Part shown: positions 8,983 to 18,845 of the stretch, piece after piece
Layout of the letters: every line of letters begins with the position of its first letter
How positions within the stretch are numbered: position 1 is the first letter of the stretch
DNA from: a virus
Taxonomy: Duplodnaviria > Heunggongvirae > Uroviricota > Caudoviricetes
Reading direction: 5' to 3' (one strand)
Length of the DNA stretch: 64,000 nt
IMG/VR virus record: IMGVR_UViG_3300035492_000080
Coordinates: 1-64,000 of that record
Position numbers and translations under genes: made by a program
The notes under the pieces: generated by a model
Databases searched by the model: none
The model's input: the letters and a program-made list of their open reading frames with translations, nothing else
Told to the model about the DNA's origin: nothing

Positions 8983-9190
8983 CTTCTAGGTCTTGCTTGA
9001 TGAATCTCCCAATGAAACCAATGACACCGAAAGTGATGGCTGTTGTTGCCAGCATTCCGAATGCCATTGACCCAGAGAGCACACCAAGAACTGCTAAGCC
9101 AGAGATAGATAGGGCTGTGAGAAGATTTCCAATCAATGCAATCACTGAATAGCTCTTCCACAAAGATTTCCAATTATCTACTAGCTTCAT
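8936..9190 (-). CDS. holin (two-TM, pinholin-like)
   Basis: 84 aa, two hydrophobic helices, charged C-terminal tail, directly downstream of endolysin. Confidence 0.55.
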   Translation of the reverse strand: MKLVDNWKSLWKSYSVIALIGNLLTALSISGLAVLGVLSGSMAFGMLATTAITFGVIGFIGRFIKQDLEDGKMFYEDDKENKHD

Positions 9191-9707
9191 AAATCTCCTT
9201 AATCTCTTTAGGAGGATTACCCATACACCATTGGTATTCGTTGGTGCGTCTGATAACGAGTCCTTTCAGCACAATCATTACACCATTTTGTCTGGCGTAA
9301 ATCCAACGTGTAAGTTGTTCGCAGCTTGCTTCATACTCTTTGTTATTGAGTTTTCGTAGAAGGGTGCTACTGCTGACGTTTCCAATTCCAACATTGAATG
9401 TGAAATCTACTAAAGCAGCGTGCATGTATGGAGATAGGTAATCCACTTTAACAACTCTTTGAAGTTGCTTATCGTGCTTAATCAAATCCTTACCAAGTTG
9501 TTCAACGCACTGCTCTTCAGTAAATTTCATTCCAACCCGAAGCTCTGGTCCTGTGTGACCATAACAAGATGTGACAATTCCTACAGGGTCTCTGTATGTA
9601 CCTAAAACAACGCCCTCAGAAGGAGCCGTTAAATAAGCTCCCCCGAGGGCCAAACTTCCTGATAAACCCATTGCAAGCAATTGCTTATAGATTTTATTCT
9701 TATTCAA
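9174..9707 (-). CDS. endolysin, GH24 lysozyme-like with N-terminal signal-anchor-release (SAR) domain
   Basis: 177 aa; hydrophobic Gly/Ala-rich N-terminus; EGVVLGTYRDPVGIVTSCYGHTG matches the T4-lysozyme-type catalytic E..D..T region. Confidence 0.65.
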   Translation of the reverse strand: MNKNKIYKQLLAMGLSGSLALGGAYLTAPSEGVVLGTYRDPVGIVTSCYGHTGPELRVGMKFTEEQCVEQLGKDLIKHDKQLQRVVKVDYLSPYMHAALVDFTFNVGIGNVSSSTLLRKLNNKEYEASCEQLTRWIYARQNGVMIVLKGLVIRRTNEYQWCMGNPPKEIKEIYEASR

Positions 9708-9708
9708 T

Positions 9709-11172
9709 TTAAACTCCGTAAGCTACCCACAAAAGATAGGAGTTGGTTGTTGATTTCGCAATTGTTGCACCTGTGTTTGAAAAGTTTATAACCCTTTCGT
9801 GTGCATCCTGTGCAGTAGTGGTGCCTACTTGTGTCACTTGGATTCCAAAACAAGCACTCTTGAACGGAGTTGTAAAAATCACTGAATGGGCGCTAGAACC
9901 TCCAAGTGGAGTTCTTCCCCACTGGATCATGAACCCACCGGGGAAAGTATACATCCCCTCTTCTTCTAATACCCTTTCACTGAAGAAAGATGTGATATCA
10001 AAAGCGTGAGTGTGGCTTGTACTTGTCGCAGCATTCCCACTGCTTGCAGAGATTGTACCGGGAGTTCCAAGAGAGATTGTCCTGTCAGCAGCAAAACTCC
10101 CACCACCAGTTAGTCCATTACCGGCTGTTAGGTTTCTTGTGTTCTGGACAGCGTTAACAATTCTTGTATCATCACCAGCAGCAACACTGCCTGCGGATGT
10201 CCCAACATCTCTTGTCGCAGAGTTACCAAGACCAAGATTATTACGTGCAGTTGCTACGTTTGTAAGTCCAGACAAATTGCCTGATTTCGGTAGCCAATCA
10301 ATTGCGTTTTCTACTGCTAGTGTTCCAAGCCCAAGATTAGTACGAGCAGTGACTACGTTCGTAAGCCCTGCAAGGTTTCCACTTTTCAGTAGGAAATCAT
10401 TCAGGGAAGTTGTAGCAACTTCAGTAAGTCCAAGGTTTGTCCTAGCAGCTGCTTTGTTAGGAACATCTGCAAGGTTTTGTGACTTCTTGAGGAACACACT
10501 ATTTGCAGTGGTTGGAACGACAATCACATTGTCAAGTGTTCCTTGTTCAACCTCTGTAGCTGTTGCAATTCTAGCAGTACCAACGATTGTAGTGGTAGCT
10601 TGTTGCAGCAAACTATTAAGTTGACCTAGTGGAATAGCATGAGAATTCTGTGTTGCATTAGCTACGGCAAAGACTTGGGTAGATTCACCAGCCTTATAAG
10701 CGTATCTATTATCCGCTTCAACACGACTCCAAACACTCAGGTTTTGACGTGCTTGAGGGTAGTTTGCGATATTGGCCAGCGTGTTATAGTTTGTTTGAAG
10801 AGTTGTAATCTTACCATCTACAACAGCTACACTTCCAAACTCTTCAAATGCTCTTTCCCAAGTTGCTCCGTTCAGTGGGTTTGCTGGGTCAATATTTGTG
10901 TGAGTTGTTTTTGCTTTATAGATAACGCCATCACTGCCCTGTACATAACTCTTACCAGCTTGATACTCAGTGGTTTGATCCCAAACAGAAATACCCATCT
11001 GGTTAATATGGGCCATGAAAGAATCTACGCGATTCTGGCTCCAGTTGAAATACTGGTAAGGTGGAATCTCTACAGACCACCCTTGTGTGATTTTCAGGTT
11101 AGCGGGAGCACTAATAATACCAGCGCTTGCCCACACCTGATTAATCGTAGTTGGTTTTGTAAATTGTGGCAT
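9709..11172 (-). CDS. tail fiber protein 2 (N-terminus shared with fiber 1, divergent repeat-containing distal part)
   Basis: 487 aa; N-term TQGWSVEIPPYQYFNWSQNR matches fiber 1; internal ARTNLGL repeat units. Confidence 0.7.
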   Translation of the reverse strand: MPQFTKPTTINQVWASAGIISAPANLKITQGWSVEIPPYQYFNWSQNRVDSFMAHINQMGISVWDQTTEYQAGKSYVQGSDGVIYKAKTTHTNIDPANPLNGATWERAFEEFGSVAVVDGKITTLQTNYNTLANIANYPQARQNLSVWSRVEADNRYAYKAGESTQVFAVANATQNSHAIPLGQLNSLLQQATTTIVGTARIATATEVEQGTLDNVIVVPTTANSVFLKKSQNLADVPNKAAARTNLGLTEVATTSLNDFLLKSGNLAGLTNVVTARTNLGLGTLAVENAIDWLPKSGNLSGLTNVATARNNLGLGNSATRDVGTSAGSVAAGDDTRIVNAVQNTRNLTAGNGLTGGGSFAADRTISLGTPGTISASSGNAATSTSHTHAFDITSFFSERVLEEEGMYTFPGGFMIQWGRTPLGGSSAHSVIFTTPFKSACFGIQVTQVGTTTAQDAHERVINFSNTGATIAKSTTNSYLLWVAYGV

Positions 11173-11622
11173 TTAATCTACCTCTAAATTATAATGTTCT
11201 ATAATAGGAAATGGGAGATTCCATAAATCTCTAGGAGTGATACGATATTGAGGGTATCTGAAACAAGACAGTCCACCCTCCTTTAATACGTAAGCTGTCA
11301 GTTCAGAGCAGAACCAATTATCTGTTGAGTGCCATCGCCTAATGAAGGGCATACCTAGAAGTCCTAGCCAATCATACTTCTTCCCAATCTCCTTATAGAG
11401 AGCTTTTATTGCCGCCTCTTCATCCTCGACAGGGAATTCCACGATTGCCCACTTCCTATCTCTTTTAAATTCTTCAAGAGGGGTGGCTACAACCCCACGA
11501 AACATTGTAGCCTCTATAACATAATCACCTACAACCACACCGCAGTGGCTCCACTCACTAAAGAGGACAGTGCGCAGGAGCCAACTACCTAGTTGATTGC
11601 TTGAAGAGAATGCAACTCTCAT
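11173..11622 (-). CDS. putative permuted papain-fold / NlpC-P60-like hydrolase
   Basis: 149 aa; His-containing SHCGVVVGD early and Cys motif WFCSELTAYVL late; this His-before-Cys order suggests a permuted papain fold; located between the two fiber genes. Confidence 0.3.
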   Translation of the reverse strand: MRVAFSSSNQLGSWLLRTVLFSEWSHCGVVVGDYVIEATMFRGVVATPLEEFKRDRKWAIVEFPVEDEEAAIKALYKEIGKKYDWLGLLGMPFIRRWHSTDNWFCSELTAYVLKEGGLSCFRYPQYRITPRDLWNLPFPIIEHYNLEVD

Positions 11623-12170
11623 ACAGGAAGGTTGTAATCAATAGTTATTTCACCAAGTTCATCGGAATTTTTTGATGACTTGATTTGATCCTCATATCTT
11701 TGACGCAACCCTGTCAAGTAAGCACTTAGTTGTTCAAATTGCTGTGTTTTCTGAAGTGTTCTCTGAAGATAATCCTCTCGTTCAATACCTCTTATGGAAG
11801 CAGCTGCATCAATCCAAGGCGTACTGGCGTTCTCGGGGTCCGCCTGCCATGCCTTGATTTCCCTATCCTGTGTAGGCCAAGTGTCCTTCTCAGCTTGCGG
11901 GTAAGATGCTGTGTGTGAATTAACCGCCTCTTCATAGAGGCGATTATTTTCAAGTAACTTCTCGTATTTCAATTCTTGGAAAGTTGGACCTTCAGGTTCT
12001 TCCAAGTAAAGATTACCGTCAACACCAACGGCAATACTCTTCCCGTCTGATTTTCCTGCAATTAGGTGGCTATACTCATCCTTAGATATGATGATAGAAC
12101 CCTCTGGAATATTTTCACCATGAATCTCAGTGATGTAAAATCCCAATGTGCTCGGGCTGTAGTAATACAT
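11619..12170 (-). CDS. tfa: tail fiber assembly protein (Tfa)
   Basis: 183 aa; characteristic N-terminus MYYYSPSTLGFY of Tfa proteins; immediately downstream of fiber gene. Confidence 0.65.
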   Translation of the reverse strand: MYYYSPSTLGFYITEIHGENIPEGSIIISKDEYSHLIAGKSDGKSIAVGVDGNLYLEEPEGPTFQELKYEKLLENNRLYEEAVNSHTASYPQAEKDTWPTQDREIKAWQADPENASTPWIDAAASIRGIEREDYLQRTLQKTQQFEQLSAYLTGLRQRYEDQIKSSKNSDELGEITIDYNLPV

Positions 12171-12182
12171 ATGTTTATCTCC

Positions 12183-14297
12183 TTAGTACCCCACTGCAAA
12201 CCAGTACAGTGGAATGGTTACACTCGATTGATGAACTCTGAATGTAGTGGCTGTTGGGGCTGCAGCAAGTTTTGGCGTGTCGTTGTAGGCGCTGTTAAAA
12301 ACAGACGTGAAAGACATGTAACAACAAGCTGTCGGGAATGCTATGTTGAATGATTGGTTTGTTGTGGAAGAGGTTGTATTTGAAATAGTCCCCCACTGAA
12401 TAATCATTCCAGTGCTAGTATCTTTAAACCACCCATCTCCGGCCAAACTTGCCGTATTGCCAGAAACCGTGGCCAGTGCAGCTTTTACAAATGCGGTGGT
12501 CGCAATTTGTGTACTGTTGGAGGCGGGAGCTGCTGTTGGGGCCATAGGCGTACCCGTCAGCGTCGGAGATGCACTTAATACAACACTCCCACTACCTGTA
12601 GAAGTTGTAACTCCGGTGCCACCGCGAGCAACGGCAAGTGTGCCTGTTGACACGTTTGCAGCATTCAACGCTGTTAGTTGACTACCGTTGCCACTGAACC
12701 CTGTAGTGTCGATTCTTCCACGCTCAACACCACCAACTGTGAAACCAATCACATCGGCTGCTGGGTGGTAGACACCAGTATCTAGGTCAGCTGTCCAAGT
12801 GAACGAAGGTGCAGCGGCAGTATCAGCATCAATACCTTGGAAACCACCACCAGTAGTAGAGGTGGCGTTGAATGTTGGAGCATTCAGAGTTCCAGTCATT
12901 GTTCCACCAGCTAAAGGTACTTTCGTACTATCGGCAATAGTGATGTTTGTTGTACCGTTAAAACTTACACCGTTAATTGTTCTAGCCGTCGCTAACTGAG
13001 TTGCTGTAGCAGCATTACCAGTGATGTTCACACCAGTATATGTACCACTCAAGCGAGCATCAGGTAGGATTCCAGTTGTTAGGTTAGCAGCATTGTTAGC
13101 ACCAAGTGTTGCTCTTGCTGTAGCAGCATCTTCATCATCTAGAAGTGATTGAATAAATGGAGTTACATTCCCAGAGTGGAAAACTTCAACCCATTCACCC
13201 CAAATACCTGCTGTAGTTGTATAACGATTACGAATAAACATCCTTACAACATTAGCACTGGTATTTACAAGACAAATTTGTGATTGTTCTGATGACGACC
13301 TACCTGTCATAATAAGTGAACCATAAGATGCACTTACCGGAGTGTTAGCAGTAGTATTTGTGAATGAATAAATCCCATTAACTGCAACAGTGTTGCAATC
13401 AGAGACTTGGGGTCCGGCAATAGCTCCAAGACCAAAATCACCAACTCTCAGAAGCCTGCCAGATGTAGCATCTGTACTTGAAGTTGTGGCGTTAGCAACA
13501 GCAGCAGTCCCAAGGCCAAGATTTGCGCGCGCGCCTGCGGCCGTCGAGGCTCCCGTACCACCATCTTCAATTGCCAGATCAGTGATACCACTGATTGTCC
13601 CACCTGTAATATTGATAGAGCCATCACTTTGAACAGCCAGACTACCAAGACCAAGAGTGTTTCTAGCAGCAGCAGCATCCACATCATCGATCAAACTTCT
13701 ACCAAAAGCAGAAATATCAGTCGTAGCAGCCGTACCACTACCTGTAAAATAAGGAAGTTTGTTAGCGGCTGAAGTGAGTCCAGAGATAGCAGTGAGGTTA
13801 GCATTCAATGTCTGGGCACTGATTGTTGTTCTTACACTTGCTGCATCAGCATCATCTAGAATTGTTCTAGCAAAGGCTGTTAGAGACGTTGTAGAGGCCG
13901 CTGTGCCGCTTGTAAAATAAGGAAGTTTGTTAGCGGCTGGGGTAACAGTTTTCAGTGCCTCAGAGGCCGCTGTGGAGGTTGTAAAGGCAACCACCCAATC
14001 AAGGGTTGAAGTACCCGGAACAACTCCAGTATTTGTGCGAACACACTTGTAGACAACTCCGTTGTATTGAACATAGCTCTTGTTGATGATATATTCAAGC
14101 TCACTATCCCACTCAGCAAAGCCTTTCTGTGTCAGGTAAGCGAGCTGCTTATCTTGTCTGTTTTCAAGCCAGTTCCAGTATTGGCGTGGTGGTACTTCAA
14201 CCAACCAGCCTTGTGTAATTTTTTCATTAGTTGGAGCAACATAGTCTCCAAGTTCAGCCCACAGGAGTTTCATATCCTGCTTAACATAATCTACCAT
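12183..14297 (-). CDS. tail fiber protein 1 (long, repeat-rich)
   Basis: 704 aa; Gly/Ala/Thr-rich with repeated TISAQTLNANLTAISGLTSAANKLPYFTG-type units; P2 gpH position after baseplate I. Confidence 0.75.
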   Translation of the reverse strand: MVDYVKQDMKLLWAELGDYVAPTNEKITQGWLVEVPPRQYWNWLENRQDKQLAYLTQKGFAEWDSELEYIINKSYVQYNGVVYKCVRTNTGVVPGTSTLDWVVAFTTSTAASEALKTVTPAANKLPYFTSGTAASTTSLTAFARTILDDADAASVRTTISAQTLNANLTAISGLTSAANKLPYFTGSGTAATTDISAFGRSLIDDVDAAAARNTLGLGSLAVQSDGSINITGGTISGITDLAIEDGGTGASTAAGARANLGLGTAAVANATTSSTDATSGRLLRVGDFGLGAIAGPQVSDCNTVAVNGIYSFTNTTANTPVSASYGSLIMTGRSSSEQSQICLVNTSANVVRMFIRNRYTTTAGIWGEWVEVFHSGNVTPFIQSLLDDEDAATARATLGANNAANLTTGILPDARLSGTYTGVNITGNAATATQLATARTINGVSFNGTTNITIADSTKVPLAGGTMTGTLNAPTFNATSTTGGGFQGIDADTAAAPSFTWTADLDTGVYHPAADVIGFTVGGVERGRIDTTGFSGNGSQLTALNAANVSTGTLAVARGGTGVTTSTGSGSVVLSASPTLTGTPMAPTAAPASNSTQIATTAFVKAALATVSGNTASLAGDGWFKDTSTGMIIQWGTISNTTSSTTNQSFNIAFPTACCYMSFTSVFNSAYNDTPKLAAAPTATTFRVHQSSVTIPLYWFAVGY

Positions 14298-14317
14298 GTA
14301 AACACCTTTTTAAAATA

Positions 14318-15046
14318 TTAATCAACCAAATTCGCCAAGAAACCACCAACAGAGGGATCATTCAGATCACCAGCACCATATGCACCGGGGAAACCTTCTG
14401 TTGCAAAAACCCTTGTACTTTGGAATTCTAAGAATTCATAATTAACACCGACCGTTTTTGGGAGTAGGCTTCCTGCACCTTGGAATTCGAATAAAAGGCC
14501 TTTTTCAGTTGGCGTTAGAAGTTTCCCAATACCAATTCTCACCTTTGCTGGTTCATATTCGTCAATGAATGCTTGTCCTGCTGAGAATAGGAATTTGAAA
14601 GCATTAATTGTATCTTCAGTTGTTGACTTAGTTGTATTCTTGATGATCTTTGCTTTAATCAGAAGACGATATTCCTCATCAGTCGGAACTCTACCACCTG
14701 CCTTAGTAACTCCAAGGCTGTAGAATGTCGAACCTGCTTGAGGGTCAGTCAAACTACCAAAACTTCCTGCTTGTGGCTCTGTCAAGAAACCAAAAAATTT
14801 AAATTGGTCAGCGGTCAGCAGACCGCGAGGTCTGCCAACAATCTCTCCAATAATGTCAAGCTGAGCGCCTACGGCAGTGTCAATACTACGCAGCTGCATC
14901 AAGCCCATCATTTGATCTTGTAGAATTACAGCTTCAGAAATCAAGAGTTGTAGATATCTGTCAAAAATATCTTTATCCTTAAACTGCTCTGTTACTCTAG
15001 ACCTAGCCTCATCCAAATAGTCAGTTGTGTTGAATGGATTCTGCAT
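14318..15046 (-). CDS. baseplate protein (P2 gpI-like position)
   Basis: 242 aa; gene order V-W-J-I-H-G. Confidence 0.45.
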   Translation of the reverse strand: MQNPFNTTDYLDEARSRVTEQFKDKDIFDRYLQLLISEAVILQDQMMGLMQLRSIDTAVGAQLDIIGEIVGRPRGLLTADQFKFFGFLTEPQAGSFGSLTDPQAGSTFYSLGVTKAGGRVPTDEEYRLLIKAKIIKNTTKSTTEDTINAFKFLFSAGQAFIDEYEPAKVRIGIGKLLTPTEKGLLFEFQGAGSLLPKTVGVNYEFLEFQSTRVFATEGFPGAYGAGDLNDPSVGGFLANLVD

Positions 15047-15060
15047 ATACTCTCCTGACG

Positions 15061-16527
15061 TTAGGCAAGAGTGATTGTGATATCATCTTGCGATAACGAA
15101 TAAATTTGATCGTAGTTGATTGGAATGTTTACCATGCCTGTTGGGCTTGCGCTTGTTCCAATTGTCAAACTATTAACTTGGTGTCCAGCAATTGAGTTGA
15201 TTGGTGTGTAGAGTCTTGTGTAGATAATATCATCACCAACTGAATAGTTGTTTTGGAAGTAGTCTACAAGAGCCTGTTTAATCATTGCTGGGCCAGCACC
15301 GGGGAAATTACTATCAGTTGCCAAAGACATACTGATATAAATTCTTACTGGAGTTGGACGTTTAAATGAGACGTTGTGCGATAACCCCTGACTATCAAGA
15401 ATACTCACTGTTGTATTGCCATAGCTCTTAATCCCCATTGGTTTGTTCTTCCAGATCGCATTACCAATCTCTGTTGTCAAACCACCTAGAACAATCGGCA
15501 TAAAGCTGTGTGCAGGAATACCTTTAGAATCTACCGTATCCCCATCATTCTCATAAACTACAACTTTTTCCACACCCTCCACAGACGCAATTTCAGAAGA
15601 GATGGATTCGATGATATTTGCAGCTTGTGTGAATTTCGTGTTTCTGAAACGTTCTCTAAGCTCAACATCTGTCTCTTCAACCCTTCCGGTTTCCGCCTTC
15701 AATGGGTTATAGATGCTATCCCACCCCGATTGAGGAACTGCAATCAGTGTAATCGTATTTGCTTGTTCTTCAATAGGACCAATCTCATCACAAGCCACAA
15801 CACCAAGTTTCAAAACTTTATTTACTACAAGGTTATTGCTAACTTCAAATGTAACTGTCTGGAAAGGATCAAGTCTTTCAACATATAAGAAAGAATTCTT
15901 CATATATGCCTTTACAACTGCACCCGCATTTGCATTAATATATGACATCAACGAGCTGGTAATTTCTTCAGCCGTTGCAGTTGAGTCAGAAGTGATTGTG
16001 AATGTTGTGTAGTTAATACCACCATCATTCGAGTATCTGATTGTGTAGGCTGCGCTGTTCTGCACCGTAAGTACAGAAACACCAATACCTGTCGCGCCTG
16101 CAAGAGAAAAGTAAACTGGTGAAGTTGGTGTATATGTTTTCTGTGTTGCAGCAGAGCGAGCTTTGGCGAGTGTTCCGACGAAGCTGCCGAAAGAACCTTC
16201 AAAGATACACTGTGCAATAGTTGGCCGGCTGCCAAATCTGGAAATTCCTGCTAGAGCAACCATATTATCAAGTGCGATTCCTGACGCGGCAGCGGGGTTG
16301 AATGCGTCATACACCTCTTGAGCGGCTTGCCACAAATCAGCTTGTGATGGGGCTAGGACAGAAATCATCCGACCAAGAGCTGTGTTCTCACCTGTATCAA
16401 CTGTATCTCCGGCTGGAACAACATCACCAAAAATTTGCTCAGCTCTTCTTTTAAGATCGGCAATGATATCTTCCAACCGTTTTACTTCAAAGCCTTCGTT
16501 AGAGAGTCCTGCCATTTCAAGCTCCAA
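15061..16527 (-). CDS. baseplate J-like protein
   Basis: 488 aa; size and position between gp25/W-like and I-like genes. Confidence 0.55.
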   Translation of the reverse strand: MELEMAGLSNEGFEVKRLEDIIADLKRRAEQIFGDVVPAGDTVDTGENTALGRMISVLAPSQADLWQAAQEVYDAFNPAAASGIALDNMVALAGISRFGSRPTIAQCIFEGSFGSFVGTLAKARSAATQKTYTPTSPVYFSLAGATGIGVSVLTVQNSAAYTIRYSNDGGINYTTFTITSDSTATAEEITSSLMSYINANAGAVVKAYMKNSFLYVERLDPFQTVTFEVSNNLVVNKVLKLGVVACDEIGPIEEQANTITLIAVPQSGWDSIYNPLKAETGRVEETDVELRERFRNTKFTQAANIIESISSEIASVEGVEKVVVYENDGDTVDSKGIPAHSFMPIVLGGLTTEIGNAIWKNKPMGIKSYGNTTVSILDSQGLSHNVSFKRPTPVRIYISMSLATDSNFPGAGPAMIKQALVDYFQNNYSVGDDIIYTRLYTPINSIAGHQVNSLTIGTSASPTGMVNIPINYDQIYSLSQDDITITLA

Positions 16528-16882
16528 TATTAATAGTGATAGGGTCTGTGATACCCTCTGAAGTTCTTACAGTGAACGTAACATCTAAAAATCTTGAGGA
16601 AACATCAAGTGTACTTTTATATGAAGTTATCTCAATGACCCCTTCATCACTTAAAATTTCTCTCTGAAAGATGGTATCCACTGTTGATTTGTTTTTAATT
16701 TTCCCAAAGACCCTTTGGTAATATGGGATTCCAATTGTAGTATCTAGAAAATATTCACCAAGGAAAGTTTGAAGCCTCACTTTCAACCTTTGGGCTACAG
16801 AAACTTTCTGTCCAACTGTAACTGGTACATCGCCATTAATGAAAACGATGTCATGAGTATCTTCATCTAGTAAAATGTCCAT
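16517..16882 (-). CDS. baseplate wedge protein (gp25 / GPW-like)
   Basis: 121 aa; size and conserved position upstream of J. Confidence 0.55.
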   Translation of the reverse strand: MDILLDEDTHDIVFINGDVPVTVGQKVSVAQRLKVRLQTFLGEYFLDTTIGIPYYQRVFGKIKNKSTVDTIFQREILSDEGVIEITSYKSTLDVSSRFLDVTFTVRTSEGITDPITINIGA

Positions 16883-16895
16883 TCATTATTCTCAA

Positions 16896-17633
16896 TTACA
16901 AAGGTGTGCCTGTAGTTCCACTTCCAGTCTGAACGCCTGTATGTCTGTGAGCATTCATATTCACTCCATCTAATGTGTACACTCCGTTTTGAACTAGGTT
17001 CCCATTGAATGTGAGATTGCCGTTCCAAACTGAATTCTGAATATTAAATGTTGCTGAAGTGGAATTGATAGTTGCAGATTGTGTGTTGATAGTGACATTT
17101 TTATTGTTTGTGTTAATAATCATATCACCACTAGCTTTCAATCTAATCTCGACCTCATTACCTGTGCCGATATTGTGGGCGATAACAGCATCGGACGTAT
17201 CATGGCTGAATGTTCTTTTAGAACTATTATTAATTGACTTAGAGAAGGGGAACAGGCCGGGAATGGCGATGGCATCCCTCTTGTCAAATTTTCTATAATC
17301 TGTCGGCATGGTTGGACTACCATCACCTTGCTTGAAGTTGTCAATACCTCTTTGTGAAAATATACAAAGAACAGTATCTCCTACATTAATCGGGAAGGTG
17401 AAGGCGGAAGTCTTTGATGCCGGGAATACCACAGGTACAGATAGAATAGGAGGATGATCTTCTGCGACCATTCCACTATTACCTCTATAAACCGTACTAA
17501 CTGAGGGCTGTACATCAACCATACTTTCATTCAAACTATTCTTTACCGCCAGAACAATACACGGGATTGCTGTATAGAGTTTAGATGTTTGATATTGAAA
17601 TGATTGTACAAAAAGTTCTTGTAAGCTCTCCAT
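16896..17633 (-). CDS. baseplate spike / gpV-like protein
   Basis: 245 aa; beta-rich C-terminus NGNLTFNGNLVQNG repeat-like; position before W. Confidence 0.45.
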   Translation of the reverse strand: MESLQELFVQSFQYQTSKLYTAIPCIVLAVKNSLNESMVDVQPSVSTVYRGNSGMVAEDHPPILSVPVVFPASKTSAFTFPINVGDTVLCIFSQRGIDNFKQGDGSPTMPTDYRKFDKRDAIAIPGLFPFSKSINNSSKRTFSHDTSDAVIAHNIGTGNEVEIRLKASGDMIINTNNKNVTINTQSATINSTSATFNIQNSVWNGNLTFNGNLVQNGVYTLDGVNMNAHRHTGVQTGSGTTGTPL

Positions 17634-18508
17634 TATGATAGTTCCTTATCTGTTGGTAATTCACAAAATCCTTCAACATACCAATCGTTATCTCTATAAC
17701 TTCCGTAATGTCTGGTTGATGTTACTTTGTAAATTCCATTAATTGTGCTGCTCTCAATCTTTATAATTGCTCCGGGCACAATATCTGTATTTAGGAGGGC
17801 TTTGAATTGAACACCTGTTTTTCTTGTACTGTCCCCTTTCCTTTTTGTTACAGGAGGTGATACAAAGTAAGGTAGTTCAATTAGCCCTGTATTTTTGTTT
17901 AAAACAACAGCAATATTTTTAGTTGTCAGGCCACCATCGTCTGCAACAGACAAGGTATTCTGGTCAACCCTATACTCAAGCCCATATGTCTCTGAAAGCT
18001 CTTCTAGCATTTGCTTAGGAGTTCCTGTCAATGGATATCCATAAACCACAGGGTTATTAATATTTGTCCCTGCATAGATTCCTCTAACAACTCCGGGCAT
18101 TGATTTCCTGACTTCCTCGATAACATCGGCTACTGTTTTACCAGGAGGAACTGTAGACTTCAGTGTTTGGTGGTTAAGGGCAACATATCCCTCCCCAAGT
18201 AGGAGTTGGGTGACTTTATCCTCTCCCTGCCTTCTTGTACTTACTTGTACAACTTCTCCATAAACTAGTCTATTAATTCCGAGTTCCTTGTATCCGCAAT
18301 AGAACTCACATGCGATAAATTCTGTTTGAAGTTTTCTAAGCGTATCTGTTGATAAGTTATAAACTTCAATACTTGCAGAATTGCCATTCTTTTTATTATC
18401 TGCATTTTTAGAGACTTCAAACGTGACATTAAGGTTTTCAATTAAAATGCCTTGGCCAGTCTTATAATCTCCAACAATTAGCTTATAGCCTCTGTCACGT
18501 TGAAGCAT
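17633..18508 (-). CDS. baseplate hub / tail-associated protein (gpD-like position)
   Basis: 291 aa; coupled start with downstream gene. Confidence 0.35.
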   Translation of the reverse strand: MLQRDRGYKLIVGDYKTGQGILIENLNVTFEVSKNADNKKNGNSASIEVYNLSTDTLRKLQTEFIACEFYCGYKELGINRLVYGEVVQVSTRRQGEDKVTQLLLGEGYVALNHQTLKSTVPPGKTVADVIEEVRKSMPGVVRGIYAGTNINNPVVYGYPLTGTPKQMLEELSETYGLEYRVDQNTLSVADDGGLTTKNIAVVLNKNTGLIELPYFVSPPVTKRKGDSTRKTGVQFKALLNTDIVPGAIIKIESSTINGIYKVTSTRHYGSYRDNDWYVEGFCELPTDKELS

Positions 18509-18510
18509 CT

Positions 18511-18837
18511 TTAATCCTCGTAAATATAATACAGACTGTAATATTGAGACATACGTGTGTAGTCTTTGGACAACACACCATTCTCTTGGGTGTTATGTAA
18601 TAGGAGAAAATAACCTGTCAGTCCAGAGTCTTCTAAACTATAATCTGCCATCATCGGATAGCTTGCTACAAGTTTATGACCTAGAACTACAGGTGTTTGG
18701 TCCTCTTTCCTAATATCCATTCTCCAAGCACTATCTCGATCATTCCACAAGAATGTGAGGATATATCTTTGATTCTCTAGGCCAACCGAGTATGTATAAT
18801 ACACCTCTGGATATGTTGGGAGTTGTAAAATGTTCAT
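18511..18837 (-). CDS. tail protein (gpX-like position)
   Basis: 108 aa ORF in tail module. Confidence 0.3.
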   Translation of the reverse strand: MNILQLPTYPEVYYTYSVGLENQRYILTFLWNDRDSAWRMDIRKEDQTPVVLGHKLVASYPMMADYSLEDSGLTGYFLLLHNTQENGVLSKDYTRMSQYYSLYYIYED

Positions 18838-18845
18838 TAATCACC

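Noticed and set aside
8234-8989. 251-aa plus-strand ORF across the spanin/holin region
   Set aside because: Opposes a coherent minus-strand lysis cassette with lipobox and TM features; composition is Leu/Ser/Arg-rich junk
10010-11187. Plus-strand ORFs (204 and 182 aa) inside tail fiber 2
   Set aside because: Antisense to a repeat-rich fiber gene; Pro/Ala/Val-rich translation is a mirror of Gly/Ala/Thr codons
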